Source: an uncultured Actinomycetota bacterium
Lineage (GTDB): Bacteria > Actinomycetota > Actinomycetes > JAFAQI01
Direction of reading: 5' to 3'
Assembly: GCA_963770565.1 (NCBI GenBank)
Contig: CAVYQE010000010.1
Coordinates: 64,001-128,000 of the forward strand
DNA length: 64,000 nt
Shown: one piece after another, positions 32,640 through 43,284 of the stretch
Position numbering within the stretch: the first letter of the stretch is position 1
Layout: every line of letters begins with the position of its first letter
The notes under the pieces: generated by a model
Told to the model about the DNA's origin: nothing
The model's database searches: none
The model's input: the letters and a program-made list of their open reading frames with translations, nothing else
Made by a program: the position numbers and the translations under genes

Positions 32640-33755
32640 ATGGCGGTGGCAGCCGAGCAAGCCGCGATGCGGCGCGCTCTCGCCCTTGCCGAATCCGTCC
32701 TCGGTACGACGAACCCCAACCCCGCGGTCGGTGCCGTTGTCCTCGACGAGCTCGGCCAGCCGGTCGGCGAGGGTGCGACCGCACCGGCCGGCGGCGACCA
32801 CGCCGAGATCGTCGCGCTTGCGGCCGCCGGTGACAGGGCCCGCGGCGGCACTCTTGTCGTGACCCTCGAGCCCTGCCGGCACACCGGCCGGACCGGTCCG
32901 TGCACAACCGTGATCCTGGCCGCCGGGGTGGCTCGCGTCGTCTACGCCGTCACCGATCCCAACGAGCGCGCGCAAGGCGGTGCGGACGAGCTCCGCCGCG
33001 GTGGGGTCGAAGTCGAGGCCGGCTTGCTCGCACCCGACGTGGGGCGGCTGCTCGAACCGTGGCTTGCCAGCGTGGCGCGGCACCGCCCGTACGTCACGTG
33101 GAAGTACGCCGCCAGCCTCGACGGCCGCACCGCCGCGGCGGACGGGACCAGTCGCTGGATCACCGGGCCGGTCGCTCGTGCCGACGTCCACCGGGAGCGG
33201 GCCCTTGCAGACACGGTGATGGTCGGGATCGGCACCGTGCTCGCCGACGATCCGGAACTGACCGTCCGCGACTGGCCGACGCCGCGCCAACCGATCCGGG
33301 TGGTGGTCGATTCCGCGGCCCGGACCCCACTATCCGCTCAGGTGCTCAGTCCAGCTGCGTTAACGATCATCGCGGTCGCGACCGACGCAGACCCGGGACG
33401 GGTCGAGGCACTCCGATCGGCCGGCGCCGACGTCTTCGTCCTGCGCGGCGACCGCAACGGGGTCGACCTCGGGGAACTGCTCGCGGCGTTGTTCGACCGC
33501 GAGGTCCACAACGTCTGGCTGGAGGGCGGCGCCACCCTTGCCGGCTCCTTTGTCACAGCGGGCCTGGTCGACCGGGTGGTCGGCTATCACGCCCCGCTGT
33601 TGCTCGGCGCGGGCACGCCGCTGGTCGGTGACCTCGGATCCGCGACCCTCGCAACGGCGCAACGCCTTGCCCTCGACGACGTCGTACGGGTCGGCGAGGA
33701 CGTGAAGCTGGTGGCGCGGATGAGTCACCGTGATGCAGAAGGGCGACCAGACTGA
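32640..33755 (+). CDS. ribD: Riboflavin biosynthesis deaminase/reductase
   Basis: PNPAVGAV, HAE, TLEPC.H.GRT.PC, SLDG and SRWIT motifs. Confidence 0.96.
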   Translation: MAVAAEQAAMRRALALAESVLGTTNPNPAVGAVVLDELGQPVGEGATAPAGGDHAEIVALAAAGDRARGGTLVVTLEPCRHTGRTGPCTTVILAAGVARVVYAVTDPNERAQGGADELRRGGVEVEAGLLAPDVGRLLEPWLASVARHRPYVTWKYAASLDGRTAAADGTSRWITGPVARADVHRERALADTVMVGIGTVLADDPELTVRDWPTPRQPIRVVVDSAARTPLSAQVLSPAALTIIAVATDADPGRVEALRSAGADVFVLRGDRNGVDLGELLAALFDREVHNVWLEGGATLAGSFVTAGLVDRVVGYHAPLLLGAGTPLVGDLGSATLATAQRLALDDVVRVGEDVKLVARMSHRDAEGRPD

Positions 33756-34363
33756 TGTTCACCGGCATCGTCGAAACGCTCGGCACCGTGATCGCGGTCG
33801 ACGAGCTGGCCGAGGCTGCCCGGCTGACGATCGACAGCACCGGCTTCGACGACGTCCGCGCCGGCGACTCGGTGGCGGTCAACGGGGTGTGTCTCACCGC
33901 CGTGACGAACGACCCGGCACGCTTCACCGCGGACGTGATGAACGAAACCCTCACCCGGTCCACTCTTGGCAGCCTTCGTCCCGGCGAGCCGGTGAACCTC
34001 GAACGCGCGGTGACACCCAGCAGCCGACTGGGCGGACACATCGTGCAAGGGCACGTCGACGGAGTCGGCATCGTGCGCGCCCGCCGGTCGAGTGAACGGT
34101 GGGACGTGGTCGACGTCGAACTGCCCCCCGAGCTGGCGAAGTACGTCGTGGAGAAGGGCTCGATCGCCCTCGACGGGGTCAGCCTCACGGTCGCGGCAGT
34201 GGAGGGCGCAACGATCCGGGTGAGTCTGATCCCCGAGACGCTGACCCGGACGACCCTCGGCACCCGTGCGGTCGGCGACGGCGTGAACCTCGAAGTCGAC
34301 GTGCTGGCGAAGTACGTCGAGCGGTTGCTCGCCGACGGGGCCGCGGATCGGGGGCAGGGATGA
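33755..34363 (+). CDS. ribE: Riboflavin synthase alpha chain
   Basis: [23 protein letters not shown] and [11 protein letters not shown] motifs. Confidence 0.96.
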   Translation: MFTGIVETLGTVIAVDELAEAARLTIDSTGFDDVRAGDSVAVNGVCLTAVTNDPARFTADVMNETLTRSTLGSLRPGEPVNLERAVTPSSRLGGHIVQGHVDGVGIVRARRSSERWDVVDVELPPELAKYVVEKGSIALDGVSLTVAAVEGATIRVSLIPETLTRTTLGTRAVGDGVNLEVDVLAKYVERLLADGAADRGQG

Positions 34364-35775
34364 GCGACTTCACCGAGATCGAGCGCGCCATCGCCGATAT
34401 CGCGGCCGGCAAGCCGGTCATCGTCGTCGACGACGCCGACCGGGAGAACGAAGGCGACCTGATCTTTGCCGCCGAGATGGCGACACCGGAGCTGGTCGCG
34501 TTCATGGTGCGCTACACCTCGGGCTACATCTGCGTGCCATTGACCGAGTCCGACTGCGACCGGCTCGAGCTCCCGCCGATGTACCACACCAACCAGGACC
34601 GGCGCGGTACGGCGTACACGGTGTCCGTCGATGCCCGCGACGGCACGTCGACCGGCATCTCGGCGCACGACCGTTCACTGACGATGCGGATGCTGGCCGA
34701 TCCGGCGTCGAGTGCCGCCGACTTCACCCGACCTGGTCATGTCGTGCCGCTACGGGCGAAGGACGGCGGCGTCCTGCGCCGGCCCGGGCACACCGAGGCC
34801 GCGGTCGACCTGTGTCTACTCGCGGGCCTCCGGCCGGCCGGTGTGCTGTGCGAGATCGTCAGCGAGAAGGACGTCGAGGACATGGCTCGCCTCGACGAGC
34901 TCGAGCTGTTCGCCGCGGTGCACGAGCTTGCGCTGATCTCGATTGCGGACCTGATCGCCTACCGCCGGCGCACCGAGCGCCAGGTGCAGAGGGTCGCCGA
35001 GGCGCGGATCCCCACGGCGCACGGCGAGTTCCGCGCGGTCGGCTATCGAAGCCTGGTCGACGGGATCGAACACATTGCGCTGGTGCGTGGTGACATCGGC
35101 GCCGGCGACGACGTACTGGTCCGGGTCCACTCCGAGTGCCTGACCGGCGACGTCTTCGGCAGCCGGCGCTGCGACTGCGGCCCACAACTCGATGCGGCGA
35201 TCGCCGCGGTTGCCGCCGAAGGCCGGGGAGTGGTCCTCTATGTGCGCGGGCACGAAGGCCGGGGGATCGGCCTGATGCACAAGTTGCAGGCCTATCAACT
35301 GCAGGACGAGGGTCAGGACACCATCGATGCCAACACCTCGCTCGGGCTGCCGGCCGATGCGCGCGACTACGGCACCGGCGCGCAGATCCTCTCTGATCTC
35401 GGGGTCCGTTCGATGCGGCTGCTGACCAACAACCCGTCGAAGCGGGCCGGGCTCGAGGGTTACGACCTGTCGATCGTCGGCCGGGTGCCGCTGCCGGTGC
35501 GGGTCACCGCCGACAACCTGCGCTACCTCACGACGAAGCGGGACCGGATGGGGCACGACCTCCCCGATCTCCCGGCCAGCGTCGACGACGAGGCGACCGA
35601 GGCAACCGCCGACGCGTTGCCGGCAGCAGTCAGCGAGCGGGCCGCGCGACTCGAGCCGGCCGCGGTCCGCAGCGCCCTTCGGCTGGCCCACGCGCATGCA
35701 CTGTCGCCCTTCGCACTCCCGGTCGTCGAGCCGGGGTCGGACGATGACGAAGCCACGACCGGGGTGGATCAATGA
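34360..35775 (+). CDS. ribBA: DHBP synthase / GTP cyclohydrolase II
   Basis: [31 protein letters not shown] and LLTNNP motifs. Confidence 0.96.
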   Translation: MSDFTEIERAIADIAAGKPVIVVDDADRENEGDLIFAAEMATPELVAFMVRYTSGYICVPLTESDCDRLELPPMYHTNQDRRGTAYTVSVDARDGTSTGISAHDRSLTMRMLADPASSAADFTRPGHVVPLRAKDGGVLRRPGHTEAAVDLCLLAGLRPAGVLCEIVSEKDVEDMARLDELELFAAVHELALISIADLIAYRRRTERQVQRVAEARIPTAHGEFRAVGYRSLVDGIEHIALVRGDIGAGDDVLVRVHSECLTGDVFGSRRCDCGPQLDAAIAAVAAEGRGVVLYVRGHEGRGIGLMHKLQAYQLQDEGQDTIDANTSLGLPADARDYGTGAQILSDLGVRSMRLLTNNPSKRAGLEGYDLSIVGRVPLPVRVTADNLRYLTTKRDRMGHDLPDLPASVDDEATEATADALPAAVSERAARLEPAAVRSALRLAHAHALSPFALPVVEPGSDDDEATTGVDQ

Positions 35776-36278
35776 GCGGCAGCGGTGCACCCGAGGACCA
35801 GGAGGTTGACGGCCGCGGCCTGCGGGTCGCGATCGTGGCGGCCCGCTGGCACCACGAGGTCACCGACGCGCTGCTCGCGGGTGCGCAGCACGCGCTGGCC
35901 GACTGCGGGGTCGGCGACGTCACAGTTGTCCGGGTGCCGGGCGCCTTCGAGCTAGCGGTCATGGCGAATGAGCTGGCGAAACAAGGCCACGACGCAGTGG
36001 TTGCGCTCGGAGTCGTGATCCGCGGCGGGACGCCGCACTTCGAGTTCGTCTGCCGTGCGGCCACCGACGGTCTCGGCCGGGTCGCCCTCGACACCGGCGT
36101 GCCGGTAGGGTTCGGGCTGCTGACCTGCGAGACCTCCGAACAGGCGTTGGATCGATGTGGTCTGCCCGGGTCGAGCGAGGACAAGGGACGGGAGGCCGCG
36201 ATGGCGGCGGTCGAAACCGCCCTGCTGCTGTGCACCGTGCGCGGCGGCGAGGCGCATGGAAAGGCGGACGGGCACTGA
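35772..36278 (+). CDS. ribH: 6,7-dimethyl-8-ribityllumazine synthase
   Basis: [27 protein letters not shown] and KG.EAA motifs. Confidence 0.96.
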   Translation: MSGSGAPEDQEVDGRGLRVAIVAARWHHEVTDALLAGAQHALADCGVGDVTVVRVPGAFELAVMANELAKQGHDAVVALGVVIRGGTPHFEFVCRAATDGLGRVALDTGVPVGFGLLTCETSEQALDRCGLPGSSEDKGREAAMAAVETALLLCTVRGGEAHGKADGH

Positions 36279-36329
36279 GCCCGTTCGCCGCAAACGCCAC
36301 CCGCCCTCGCCGTACAGGAAGGTCTCGCC

Positions 36330-37205
36330 GTGCTCTCGCTCGTCTTGCCCAAGGGCTCACTGGAGAAGCAGGTTCTCGAGCTGTTCGATGCAGCTGACCT
36401 GACCGTCATCCGCGGCAGCGACCGCGACTATCACGCCCGGATCGACGACCCGCGGATCGACCGGGTCCGATTCCTGCGACCGCAGGAGATCCCGACGTAC
36501 GTCGAGCAGGGCATCTTCGACCTCGGGATCTCGGGTGGCGACTGGGTGGCCGAGACCGGCGCCGACGTCGTCAGCCTCGGCGAGGTCGGCGGCGGGCGGG
36601 CCGGCGAAGCCGCCGTGAAGGTTGTCCTCGCGGTTCCCCGGGAGTCGCCCTGGCAGTCGGTCGGCGACCTGCCCGACGGGGTACGGATCTCGACCGAGCT
36701 GCCCGAGACCACCCGCCGGTACTGCGCCGAGCACGGCGTGAACGCGCGGGTCTTCACCTCGCACGGCGCAACCGAGGCCAAGATCCCGGACATTGTCGAT
36801 GCGATCGTCGACGTCACCGAGACCGGGTCGTCGCTGCGCAGTGCCGGCCTGAAGGTGATTGAGACACTGCTGAGCAGCAAGACCCAGTTGCTTGCGAACC
36901 GGGCGTCGTACGACGATCCCGACAAGCGCGCCGCGATGGAAGACATCCTGCTGCTGGTGCGCGGCGCCCTGGTCGCCCGCGGCCGGGTGCTGCTGAAGCT
37001 CAACGTGGCCGCCGCCGACCTCGCCGCTGTCATCGACGTCCTGCCCTCGATGGCGTCTCCGACGATCATGCCGCTGGCGGCCGGTGAGCTGCGGGCGGTG
37101 GAGGCGGTCGTGGCCAAGCTTGGTGTCAACACATTGATCCCGGCGCTGAAGGCGGCCGGCGCCCGCGACATCCTCGAGCTGCCGATTGCCAAGATCGTCG
37201 AATAG
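36330..37205 (+). CDS. hisG: ATP phosphoribosyltransferase (long form)
   Basis: LPKGSL, RPQEIP.YV..G..DLGI.G.DW, GATEAK, DAIVDVTETGSSL and a C-terminal regulatory domain. Confidence 0.92.
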   Translation: MLSLVLPKGSLEKQVLELFDAADLTVIRGSDRDYHARIDDPRIDRVRFLRPQEIPTYVEQGIFDLGISGGDWVAETGADVVSLGEVGGGRAGEAAVKVVLAVPRESPWQSVGDLPDGVRISTELPETTRRYCAEHGVNARVFTSHGATEAKIPDIVDAIVDVTETGSSLRSAGLKVIETLLSSKTQLLANRASYDDPDKRAAMEDILLLVRGALVARGRVLLKLNVAAADLAAVIDVLPSMASPTIMPLAAGELRAVEAVVAKLGVNTLIPALKAAGARDILELPIAKIVE

Positions 37206-37233
37206 CCGGGGTGCACCACGTGAACGTCCGCTG

Positions 37234-38160
37234 ATGCCCGCGCCGAAGACCGCACTCGCCCTGGCCGCTGCGGCCGGAGCGGGCGTGACCGCGGGCTTCC
37301 AGGTCCGGATCAACGGCGACCTCGCCACCCGGACCCACTCCGCCCTCGAAGCGGCGGCTGCTGCGTTCGTGGTCAGCCTCGTACTCGTCGGCGCGATGCT
37401 GCCGTTCCATCGGGCCGGTTGGGCTCGGCTGCGCCGAGCCAAGGTCGCGCCCTGGTGGTGGATCGGCGGACTCGGCGGCGCCCTGGTGGTGGCCGCAAGT
37501 GCACACGGTGCGCCCGAGATCGGCGTGGCGCTCGTCACGGTATGCGTCGTGGCCGGTAACTCCGTCGGCGCAGCGCTCAGCGATCATCTCGGGCTCGGCC
37601 CAAGTGGCCGGTACCCGGTGTCGCGATGGCGAGTCGTGGGGATCGCGGTTGTCATCGCCGCCGTCGCGATCGGTGCGGTCGGCGATCGCGGTGCGCAACT
37701 GCGTCCGTTGCTTTTCGTGGTGATCTTTCTCGGTGGGGCCGGCTCGGCCATCCAGCAAGCCGCGAACGGCCAGCTGCGTGGTGCCGCGGGCGATGTCGTG
37801 GTCGCGTCGTTCATCTCCGTGGCCGCCGGCGCGGTCGCAATGATCATCGTGGTCTTCGCGGCGGGGGAGTTCTCCCTGCACTCGCTGCCGACCGCGCCGT
37901 GGTTGTACCTCGGCGGCCCGCTCGGTGCGTACTACGTCTTCGCCGGGGCAAGCACGGTCCGGGTGCTAGGAGTTCTCCGGTTCGTGCTGGCTGCGCTGGC
38001 CGGCCAGCTGGTGTGTGCCGTCGTCCTCGACGCGGCCTGGCCGGCACCGGGCACCACGCTGCGCGCAACGACCGTCATCGGTGCCGTCATCACCGTCGCC
38101 GGAGTCTGGTTGAGCGGGCGGGACGCACCCCGTGACCTGAGCCCGGTGGCGCACCGATGA
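37234..38160 (+). CDS. DMT-family (YdcZ-like) membrane transporter with two internal repeats
   Basis: Repeated Q.R/AING.L and PWW/WLY.GG.LGA motifs; about 10 TM segments. Confidence 0.8.
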   Translation: MPAPKTALALAAAAGAGVTAGFQVRINGDLATRTHSALEAAAAAFVVSLVLVGAMLPFHRAGWARLRRAKVAPWWWIGGLGGALVVAASAHGAPEIGVALVTVCVVAGNSVGAALSDHLGLGPSGRYPVSRWRVVGIAVVIAAVAIGAVGDRGAQLRPLLFVVIFLGGAGSAIQQAANGQLRGAAGDVVVASFISVAAGAVAMIIVVFAAGEFSLHSLPTAPWLYLGGPLGAYYVFAGASTVRVLGVLRFVLAALAGQLVCAVVLDAAWPAPGTTLRATTVIGAVITVAGVWLSGRDAPRDLSPVAHR

Positions 38161-38534
38161 GCGAGCCCGACCCTGGCGAGGACCACGGCGCGCCCGACGT
38201 CGAGCTGGCGGCTGCGCTGGCCGGCGGCGACCAGACGGTGATCCGGCTCGCCCTGCTCGACGCCCGGGTGCTCGTGCCGATCGTGGCGCACGGCGAGGAG
38301 TCGGCCGCGGTCGAAATGGCCATCCCCACCCTGGTCGGGCTCGACGGCCGCCGGGCCCTGCCGGTGTTCTCCAGCTATGCGTCGTTGCGCGCCTGGCAGG
38401 CTGACGCACGGCCGGTCCCGATGCCCGGGCGCCAGGCCGTGGCGGCCGCCGCCGCCGAAGGATGCGCGGCGATCGTGGTCGACGTCGCCGGGCCGATCAC
38501 CCATATCGTCGAAATCCGCCCAACTCCGCCCTGA
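38157..38534 (+). CDS. SseB-family N-terminal domain protein
   Basis: [19 protein letters not shown]...L.AW..ARPVP and VVDVAGP motifs; conserved position before infC. Confidence 0.75.
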   Translation: MSEPDPGEDHGAPDVELAAALAGGDQTVIRLALLDARVLVPIVAHGEESAAVEMAIPTLVGLDGRRALPVFSSYASLRAWQADARPVPMPGRQAVAAAAAEGCAAIVVDVAGPITHIVEIRPTPP

Positions 38535-38565
38535 TCGCCGCAAGCGCCGGGCCGCGGTTCGCTGC

Positions 38566-38844
38566 TACCCTGTGCTCGCGACCGATGGGCGTGCCACCCG
38601 CGCCCGTCGAGCAAGCGGAGCCCGACTCCCACCCGCACGAGCACCACCGATGATCAACATCGGCAGCACTCGACGGGTCTTCGATCGCCTCGCAGGTCGT
38701 CGACAGACGGCCGTGAGCGTGGTCGTCGTCGTCGAGGCCTCGCATGCGCGTCGTGCGGGGCCTTTTGAGTGCGTGATCGTTGCGTCGACGAAGGATCGCA
38801 AGCGTTCGGGTGGCGCACAACGACGACGAGACAGTGGAGGTCCC
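38566..38844 (+). promoter_or_regulatory. infC-rpmI-rplT promoter and structured 5' leader
   Basis: TACCCT -10 at 38566; aagcggag...ctcccacc element near 38614-38634; hairpin aggcctcgcatg/cgtgcggggcct followed by TTT at 38735-38766. Confidence 0.55.
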
Positions 38845-39447
38845 ATCAGCGTCGAACCCCGTATCAACGACCGGATCCGCGTCCCAGAAGTGCGGCTGGT
38901 CGGCCCGAACGGAGAGCAGGTCGGAATCGTCGCCATCGGCGACGCGCTCCGACTGGCACAGGAAGCAGATCTCGACCTGGTCGAGGTAGCCGCCGAAGCC
39001 CGCCCGCCGGTCTGCAAGCTCATGGATTACGGCAAGTGGAAGTACGAGAACGCCCAGAAGGCGCGCGAAGCGCGACGAAACCAGTCGCACACGGTCATCA
39101 AGGAGATGAAGCTTCGGCCGAAGATCGACCCGCACGACTACGAGACCAAGAAGGGTCACGTCGTTCGGTTCCTCAAGGCCGGTGACAAAGTCAAGATCAC
39201 GATCATGTTCCGTGGTCGCGAGCAGTCCAGACCCGAGCTCGGGTTCAGGTTGCTGCAGCGGCTGGCCGCAGATGTGGAGGAGTTGGGCTATGTCGAGTCC
39301 GCGCCGAAGCAGGACGGCCGGAACATGATCATGGTGATGGCACCGCACCGCGGCCAGCAGCCTCAACCGGCGCGAGCCAGGCGACTGGCCCAGGCCGAGC
39401 CATCGACCGAACCGTCGGCCGAGCCGCCGGCCCAGGCCACCGCCTAG
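38845..39447 (+). CDS. infC: Translation initiation factor IF-3 (non-canonical ATC start)
   Basis: GGAGG SD at 38836-38840 followed by ATC; [26 protein letters not shown] and FRGRE motifs. Confidence 0.95.
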   Translation: MSVEPRINDRIRVPEVRLVGPNGEQVGIVAIGDALRLAQEADLDLVEVAAEARPPVCKLMDYGKWKYENAQKAREARRNQSHTVIKEMKLRPKIDPHDYETKKGHVVRFLKAGDKVKITIMFRGREQSRPELGFRLLQRLAADVEELGYVESAPKQDGRNMIMVMAPHRGQQPQPARARRLAQAEPSTEPSAEPPAQATA

Positions 39448-39511
39448 CGACCTTGCCAGCGCCACCAGCGACGTCAGAAGCAAACGACCCACCCGAGGAG
39501 ACGAGGCAGCG

Positions 39512-39706
39512 ATGCCGAAGATGAAGACCCACAGCGGCGCGAAGAAGCGCTTCCGCGTGACCGGCAGCGGCAAGCTCATGCACCGTCGGGCCGGCCGCAA
39601 CCACTACCTGGAGCACAAGGAGTCGACCCTCACCCGCCGGCTGGCCAACGAGGGAGTCATGGCGCCCGCTGACGTGAAGAAGGCCAACCGACTGCTCGGG
39701 CGCTAG
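39512..39706 (+). CDS. rpmI: 50S ribosomal protein L35
   Basis: [20 protein letters not shown] motif. Confidence 0.98.
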   Translation: MPKMKTHSGAKKRFRVTGSGKLMHRRAGRNHYLEHKESTLTRRLANEGVMAPADVKKANRLLGR

Positions 39707-39776
39707 CCCGCACTGCACCGTACTCGTCACCTTTCCGGGCCTGGCCCGGGATCAAAGAGCAAAAGGAGAACCTTCC

Positions 39777-40163
39777 GTGGCACGCGTGAAGCGGGCGGTC
39801 AACGCCCACAAGAAGCGCCGCGTCATCCTCGAACGGGCCAGCGGCTACCGCGGCCAGCGCTCGCGGCTCTACCGCAAGGCCAAGGAGCAGATGCTCCACT
39901 CGATGAACTACTCCTACCGCGACCGGCGGGCCCGCAAGGGTGACTTTCGGTCGTTGTGGATCCAGCGGATCAACGCTGCGGCGCGCGCCAACGGCATGAC
40001 CTACAACCGCTTCATCCAGGGCATGAAGGCCGCGAACATCGAGGTCGATCGCAAGCACCTCGCGGAGCTCGCGGTCTCGGACGAGGCGGCCTTTGCCGCT
40101 CTGGTCGAGCTCGCCCGGGCTGCCCTGCCGGTGTCCGGATCCGAAGCCGAGTCGGCCGCCTGA
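39777..40163 (+). CDS. rplT: 50S ribosomal protein L20
   Basis: [20 protein letters not shown] and [13 protein letters not shown] motifs. Confidence 0.98.
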   Translation: MARVKRAVNAHKKRRVILERASGYRGQRSRLYRKAKEQMLHSMNYSYRDRRARKGDFRSLWIQRINAAARANGMTYNRFIQGMKAANIEVDRKHLAELAVSDEAAFAALVELARAALPVSGSEAESAA

Positions 40164-41014
40164 GCCGGACTGACCCGACGATCGGATCGGTCGCATCCGA
40201 GCCGATCGAGTCGCTGACGAACGCGAAGGTCGTCTCCGCGCGGGCCCTGCTCACCGCGAAGGGCCGATCGGCGGCTGGTGCCTTTCTCGTCGAGGGCCCG
40301 CACGCGGTCGGGGCCGCGCTGGCTGCGCCCGGCCGGCAGGTCCGCGAGCTGTTCGTTACGACCGATGCGGTTACGCGTGAATCGGCACTGGTCGACTCAG
40401 CGGCGCGCGCCGGCGTCGCGATCCGGCTGGTGAGCGAGCGGGTGCTGGGCGCGCTGCGCGACACGGTGACGCCGCAAGGCCTCGTCGCTGTCGTCGCGAC
40501 ACCGGTCGTTGATCTGGTCGATGCGTGTGCGGCTGCACCGCAGCTGATTGCCGTCCTCGACCAGGTCTCGGATCCCGGCAACGCCGGCACGGTGATCCGC
40601 ACCGCGGACGCGGCCGGGGCGAGCGCGGTCGTGGTGTCGCGCGGTTCGGTCGACGTCTGGTCGGGCAAGTGTGTGCGGTCGAGCGCCGGCGGAGTGTTCC
40701 ACCTTCCGGTCGTCACTGGCGTACCGACCGAAGCGGCCCTCACGCAGGCCAAGACGGCAGGCTGCACGGTGCTCGCCACCGCGGCCGACGGGACCACCGA
40801 CCTGGACGACCTGATCGACTCCGGCCGGCTGGCCGGCCCGACCGCGTGGGTGTTCGGCAACGAGGCCCATGGCCTGCCGTCGGCGGTCCGAGACCTGGCC
40901 GACCACGTGGTCCGGTTGCCGATCTACGGGCGGGCCGAGAGCCTCAACCTGGCGGCGACCGCGGCGATCTGTCTCTACGCGTCGGCGCGAGCAAGCCGCC
41001 GCGGTCTCCCGTAG
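40160..41014 (+). CDS. TrmH/SpoU-family RNA 2'-O-methyltransferase (start uncertain, likely non-canonical)
   Basis: [38 protein letters not shown] and ESLNLA motifs. Confidence 0.88.
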   Translation: MSRTDPTIGSVASEPIESLTNAKVVSARALLTAKGRSAAGAFLVEGPHAVGAALAAPGRQVRELFVTTDAVTRESALVDSAARAGVAIRLVSERVLGALRDTVTPQGLVAVVATPVVDLVDACAAAPQLIAVLDQVSDPGNAGTVIRTADAAGASAVVVSRGSVDVWSGKCVRSSAGGVFHLPVVTGVPTEAALTQAKTAGCTVLATAADGTTDLDDLIDSGRLAGPTAWVFGNEAHGLPSAVRDLADHVVRLPIYGRAESLNLAATAAICLYASARASRRGLP

Positions 41015-41041
41015 GCTTCGTCCGCGAGGCGAGGAGGGATC

Positions 41042-42103
41042 GTGCCGGATCGGCTCGAGGGCGGATCGCGGTACGACGACCTGCCGGATGCCGTCATCGT
41101 GGCCGACTCCACCGGCGTCGTCGTCGAGGTCAACTCCGCGGCCGTTCGCATCCTGGGCGCGCCTCGGGCCGACCTGCTCGGCCGGCCGCTCGCGGCCGCC
41201 GTACCGCTGGTCGACCAGCAGGGTCGCGACTGGTGGACCTGTACGCGACCGTTCGACGGGCTGGCCACCCGGGTCCGCCAGCCCGAGCGGCTGCTGGCGC
41301 TGACCCGGCCGGGCGCGCCCGACCTCGATGTGCTGGTGACCGCGTCGTTCGTCCGCGACGGCAACCGGCGGGTGAGCCGGCTCGTCGTGTGCTTGCGCGA
41401 CACCGCGGCGCGCAGCCGCCGTGAGCGCAGCAGCAGCGAGCTCGTCACGGTCGTTGCCCACGAGCTCCGCTCGCCACTGACGAGCGTGAAGGGTTTCGCC
41501 GCGACCCTCCTGTCGAAGTGGGAGCGCTTCACCGAAGAGCAGCGGCTGCACATGCTTGAGACCATCAACCAGGACGCCGATCGGCTGAGCCGGCTGATCA
41601 GCGAGCTGCTGGACGTGTCGCGGATCGAGACCGGATACCTCGAGCTCCACAAGCAGGTCATCGACCTGCCGGAGATCGTGCGACACGACGTCGCCGGGCG
41701 GGTCGCAGCCGGTGAGCCGGATGACCGCTTCGTCGTCGTGGCCCACGACGAGCTGCACGAGCTGTGGGCCGATCCGGACAAGGCCGCGCAGGTGGTCGGC
41801 AACATCGTCGAGAATGCACTGCGACACGGCAGTGGCACGGTCACGATCACCATCGGTCCGGTGCCCGACGGCGTGACGGTCGAGGTGGTTGATGAGGGCG
41901 AGGGCATCGCGATCGAGGCGCTGCCAAGGATCTTCACCAAGTTCTGGCACGACGCCCGCCGCGGCGGGACCGGACTGGGTCTGTACATCGCGAAGGGGAT
42001 CGTGGAGGCGCACGGCGGGACGATCTCGGCCGGGCGGGCCGAGACCGGTGGCGCGGCAGTGCGATTTACGCTGCCGCTGGGCACACCGGACTTCGCGGTC
42101 TGA
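41042..42103 (+). CDS. Cytoplasmic PAS-domain histidine kinase
   Basis: LPDAVIV.D..G....VN PAS start; AHELRSPLTS H-box, NIVENALRH, DEGEGI and GTGLGL motifs. Confidence 0.9.
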   Translation: MPDRLEGGSRYDDLPDAVIVADSTGVVVEVNSAAVRILGAPRADLLGRPLAAAVPLVDQQGRDWWTCTRPFDGLATRVRQPERLLALTRPGAPDLDVLVTASFVRDGNRRVSRLVVCLRDTAARSRRERSSSELVTVVAHELRSPLTSVKGFAATLLSKWERFTEEQRLHMLETINQDADRLSRLISELLDVSRIETGYLELHKQVIDLPEIVRHDVAGRVAAGEPDDRFVVVAHDELHELWADPDKAAQVVGNIVENALRHGSGTVTITIGPVPDGVTVEVVDEGEGIAIEALPRIFTKFWHDARRGGTGLGLYIAKGIVEAHGGTISAGRAETGGAAVRFTLPLGTPDFAV

Positions 42104-42174
42104 ACTGCTCGGCGGCGCACAGCCTGCCCCGGTGTCGACGACCGGCACCCTTAGACTTCGCGATCGAGGAAACC

Positions 42175-43284
42175 ATGGCTGGGCCCAGCGATTCATACGA
42201 TCCCAAGGAAGTGGCTGCGCTGTCCGACGACGAGCTGACCGCCACTGTGGCGTCCGGCCGGGACGCGTTCGCCCAGGCCGCCGACCTTGCTGCCCTGACC
42301 GTGGCGCATACCGGCCACCTCGGTGCCCGCTCACCGATCGCGCTCGCCCGCCGAGAGCTCGGAGCGCTGCCACCGCAGGCGCGGGCCGACGCCGGCCGCC
42401 GGGTCAACGAAGCACTCGCGGCACTGACCGCGGCGTACGACGAACGGCGGGCGGCGCTCGAACGGGCCCGCGACGAACGGGTCCTCGTCGAGGAAGCCGT
42501 CGACGTCACGCTGCCCTGGGATCCGACCCCGCCGGGCGGCCGGCACCCACTGACCCTCGTGCAAGAGCGGGTCGCAGACATCTTCGTCGGCATGGGATGG
42601 GAGGTGGCGGAGGGCCCGGAGGTCGAGGCCGAGTGGCTGAACTTCGACGCGCTCAACATCCCGCCGGCCCATCCCGCCCGCGAGACCCAGGACACGCTCT
42701 GGCTCGAGCCGCGCTCGAGTGGGGTGCTGCTGCGCACCCACACCTCTCCGGTCCAGATCCGTGCCCTGCTCGATCGCGGTGCGCCCTGTTATGTCGTCGT
42801 ACCGGGCCGGGTCTACCGGCAGGAGGCGCTCGACGCGACGCACAGCCCGGTCTTCCATCAGGTCGAAGGGCTCGCGGTCGACGTAGGCCTCACGATGGCG
42901 CACCTGCGGGGCACCCTTGATCTGTTCGCCGAGTCGATGTTCGGGACCGGTGTGCGCACCCGGATCAGGCCGGACCACTACCCGTTCACCGAGCCGTCGG
43001 CCGATGTTGACCTGTTGTGCTGGGTCTGTCACGGCAGCTCGACCGAGCTCGGCGCCGAGCCGTGTCGCACCTGCCGGTCCGAGGGCTGGATCGAATGGGG
43101 CGGCAGCGGCATGGTCCACCCGGTCGTGCTGGCATCGGCCGGCATCGACCCGGAGCACTACAGCGGGTTCGCGTTCGGCATCGGGCTCGAACGCACCTTG
43201 ATGTCCCGCCACGACCTCGGCGACATCCGCGACCTGGTCGAGGGCGATGTGCGGGTCACCACCGCGCTGGGCCTGGAGGCATAG
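42175..43284 (+). CDS. pheS: Phenylalanine-tRNA ligase alpha subunit
   Basis: NFDALN.P..HPAR..QDT, LRTHTSPVQ, FHQVEGL, PFTEPS and GFAFGIGLER motifs. Confidence 0.97.
   Translation: MAGPSDSYDPKEVAALSDDELTATVASGRDAFAQAADLAALTVAHTGHLGARSPIALARRELGALPPQARADAGRRVNEALAALTAAYDERRAALERARDERVLVEEAVDVTLPWDPTPPGGRHPLTLVQERVADIFVGMGWEVAEGPEVEAEWLNFDALNIPPAHPARETQDTLWLEPRSSGVLLRTHTSPVQIRALLDRGAPCYVVVPGRVYRQEALDATHSPVFHQVEGLAVDVGLTMAHLRGTLDLFAESMFGTGVRTRIRPDHYPFTEPSADVDLLCWVCHGSSTELGAEPCRTCRSEGWIEWGGSGMVHPVVLASAGIDPEHYSGFAFGIGLERTLMSRHDLGDIRDLVEGDVRVTTALGLEA

Noticed and set aside
43017-43080. CxxC...CxxC insertion in PheS
   Set aside because: A common feature of actinobacterial PheS.
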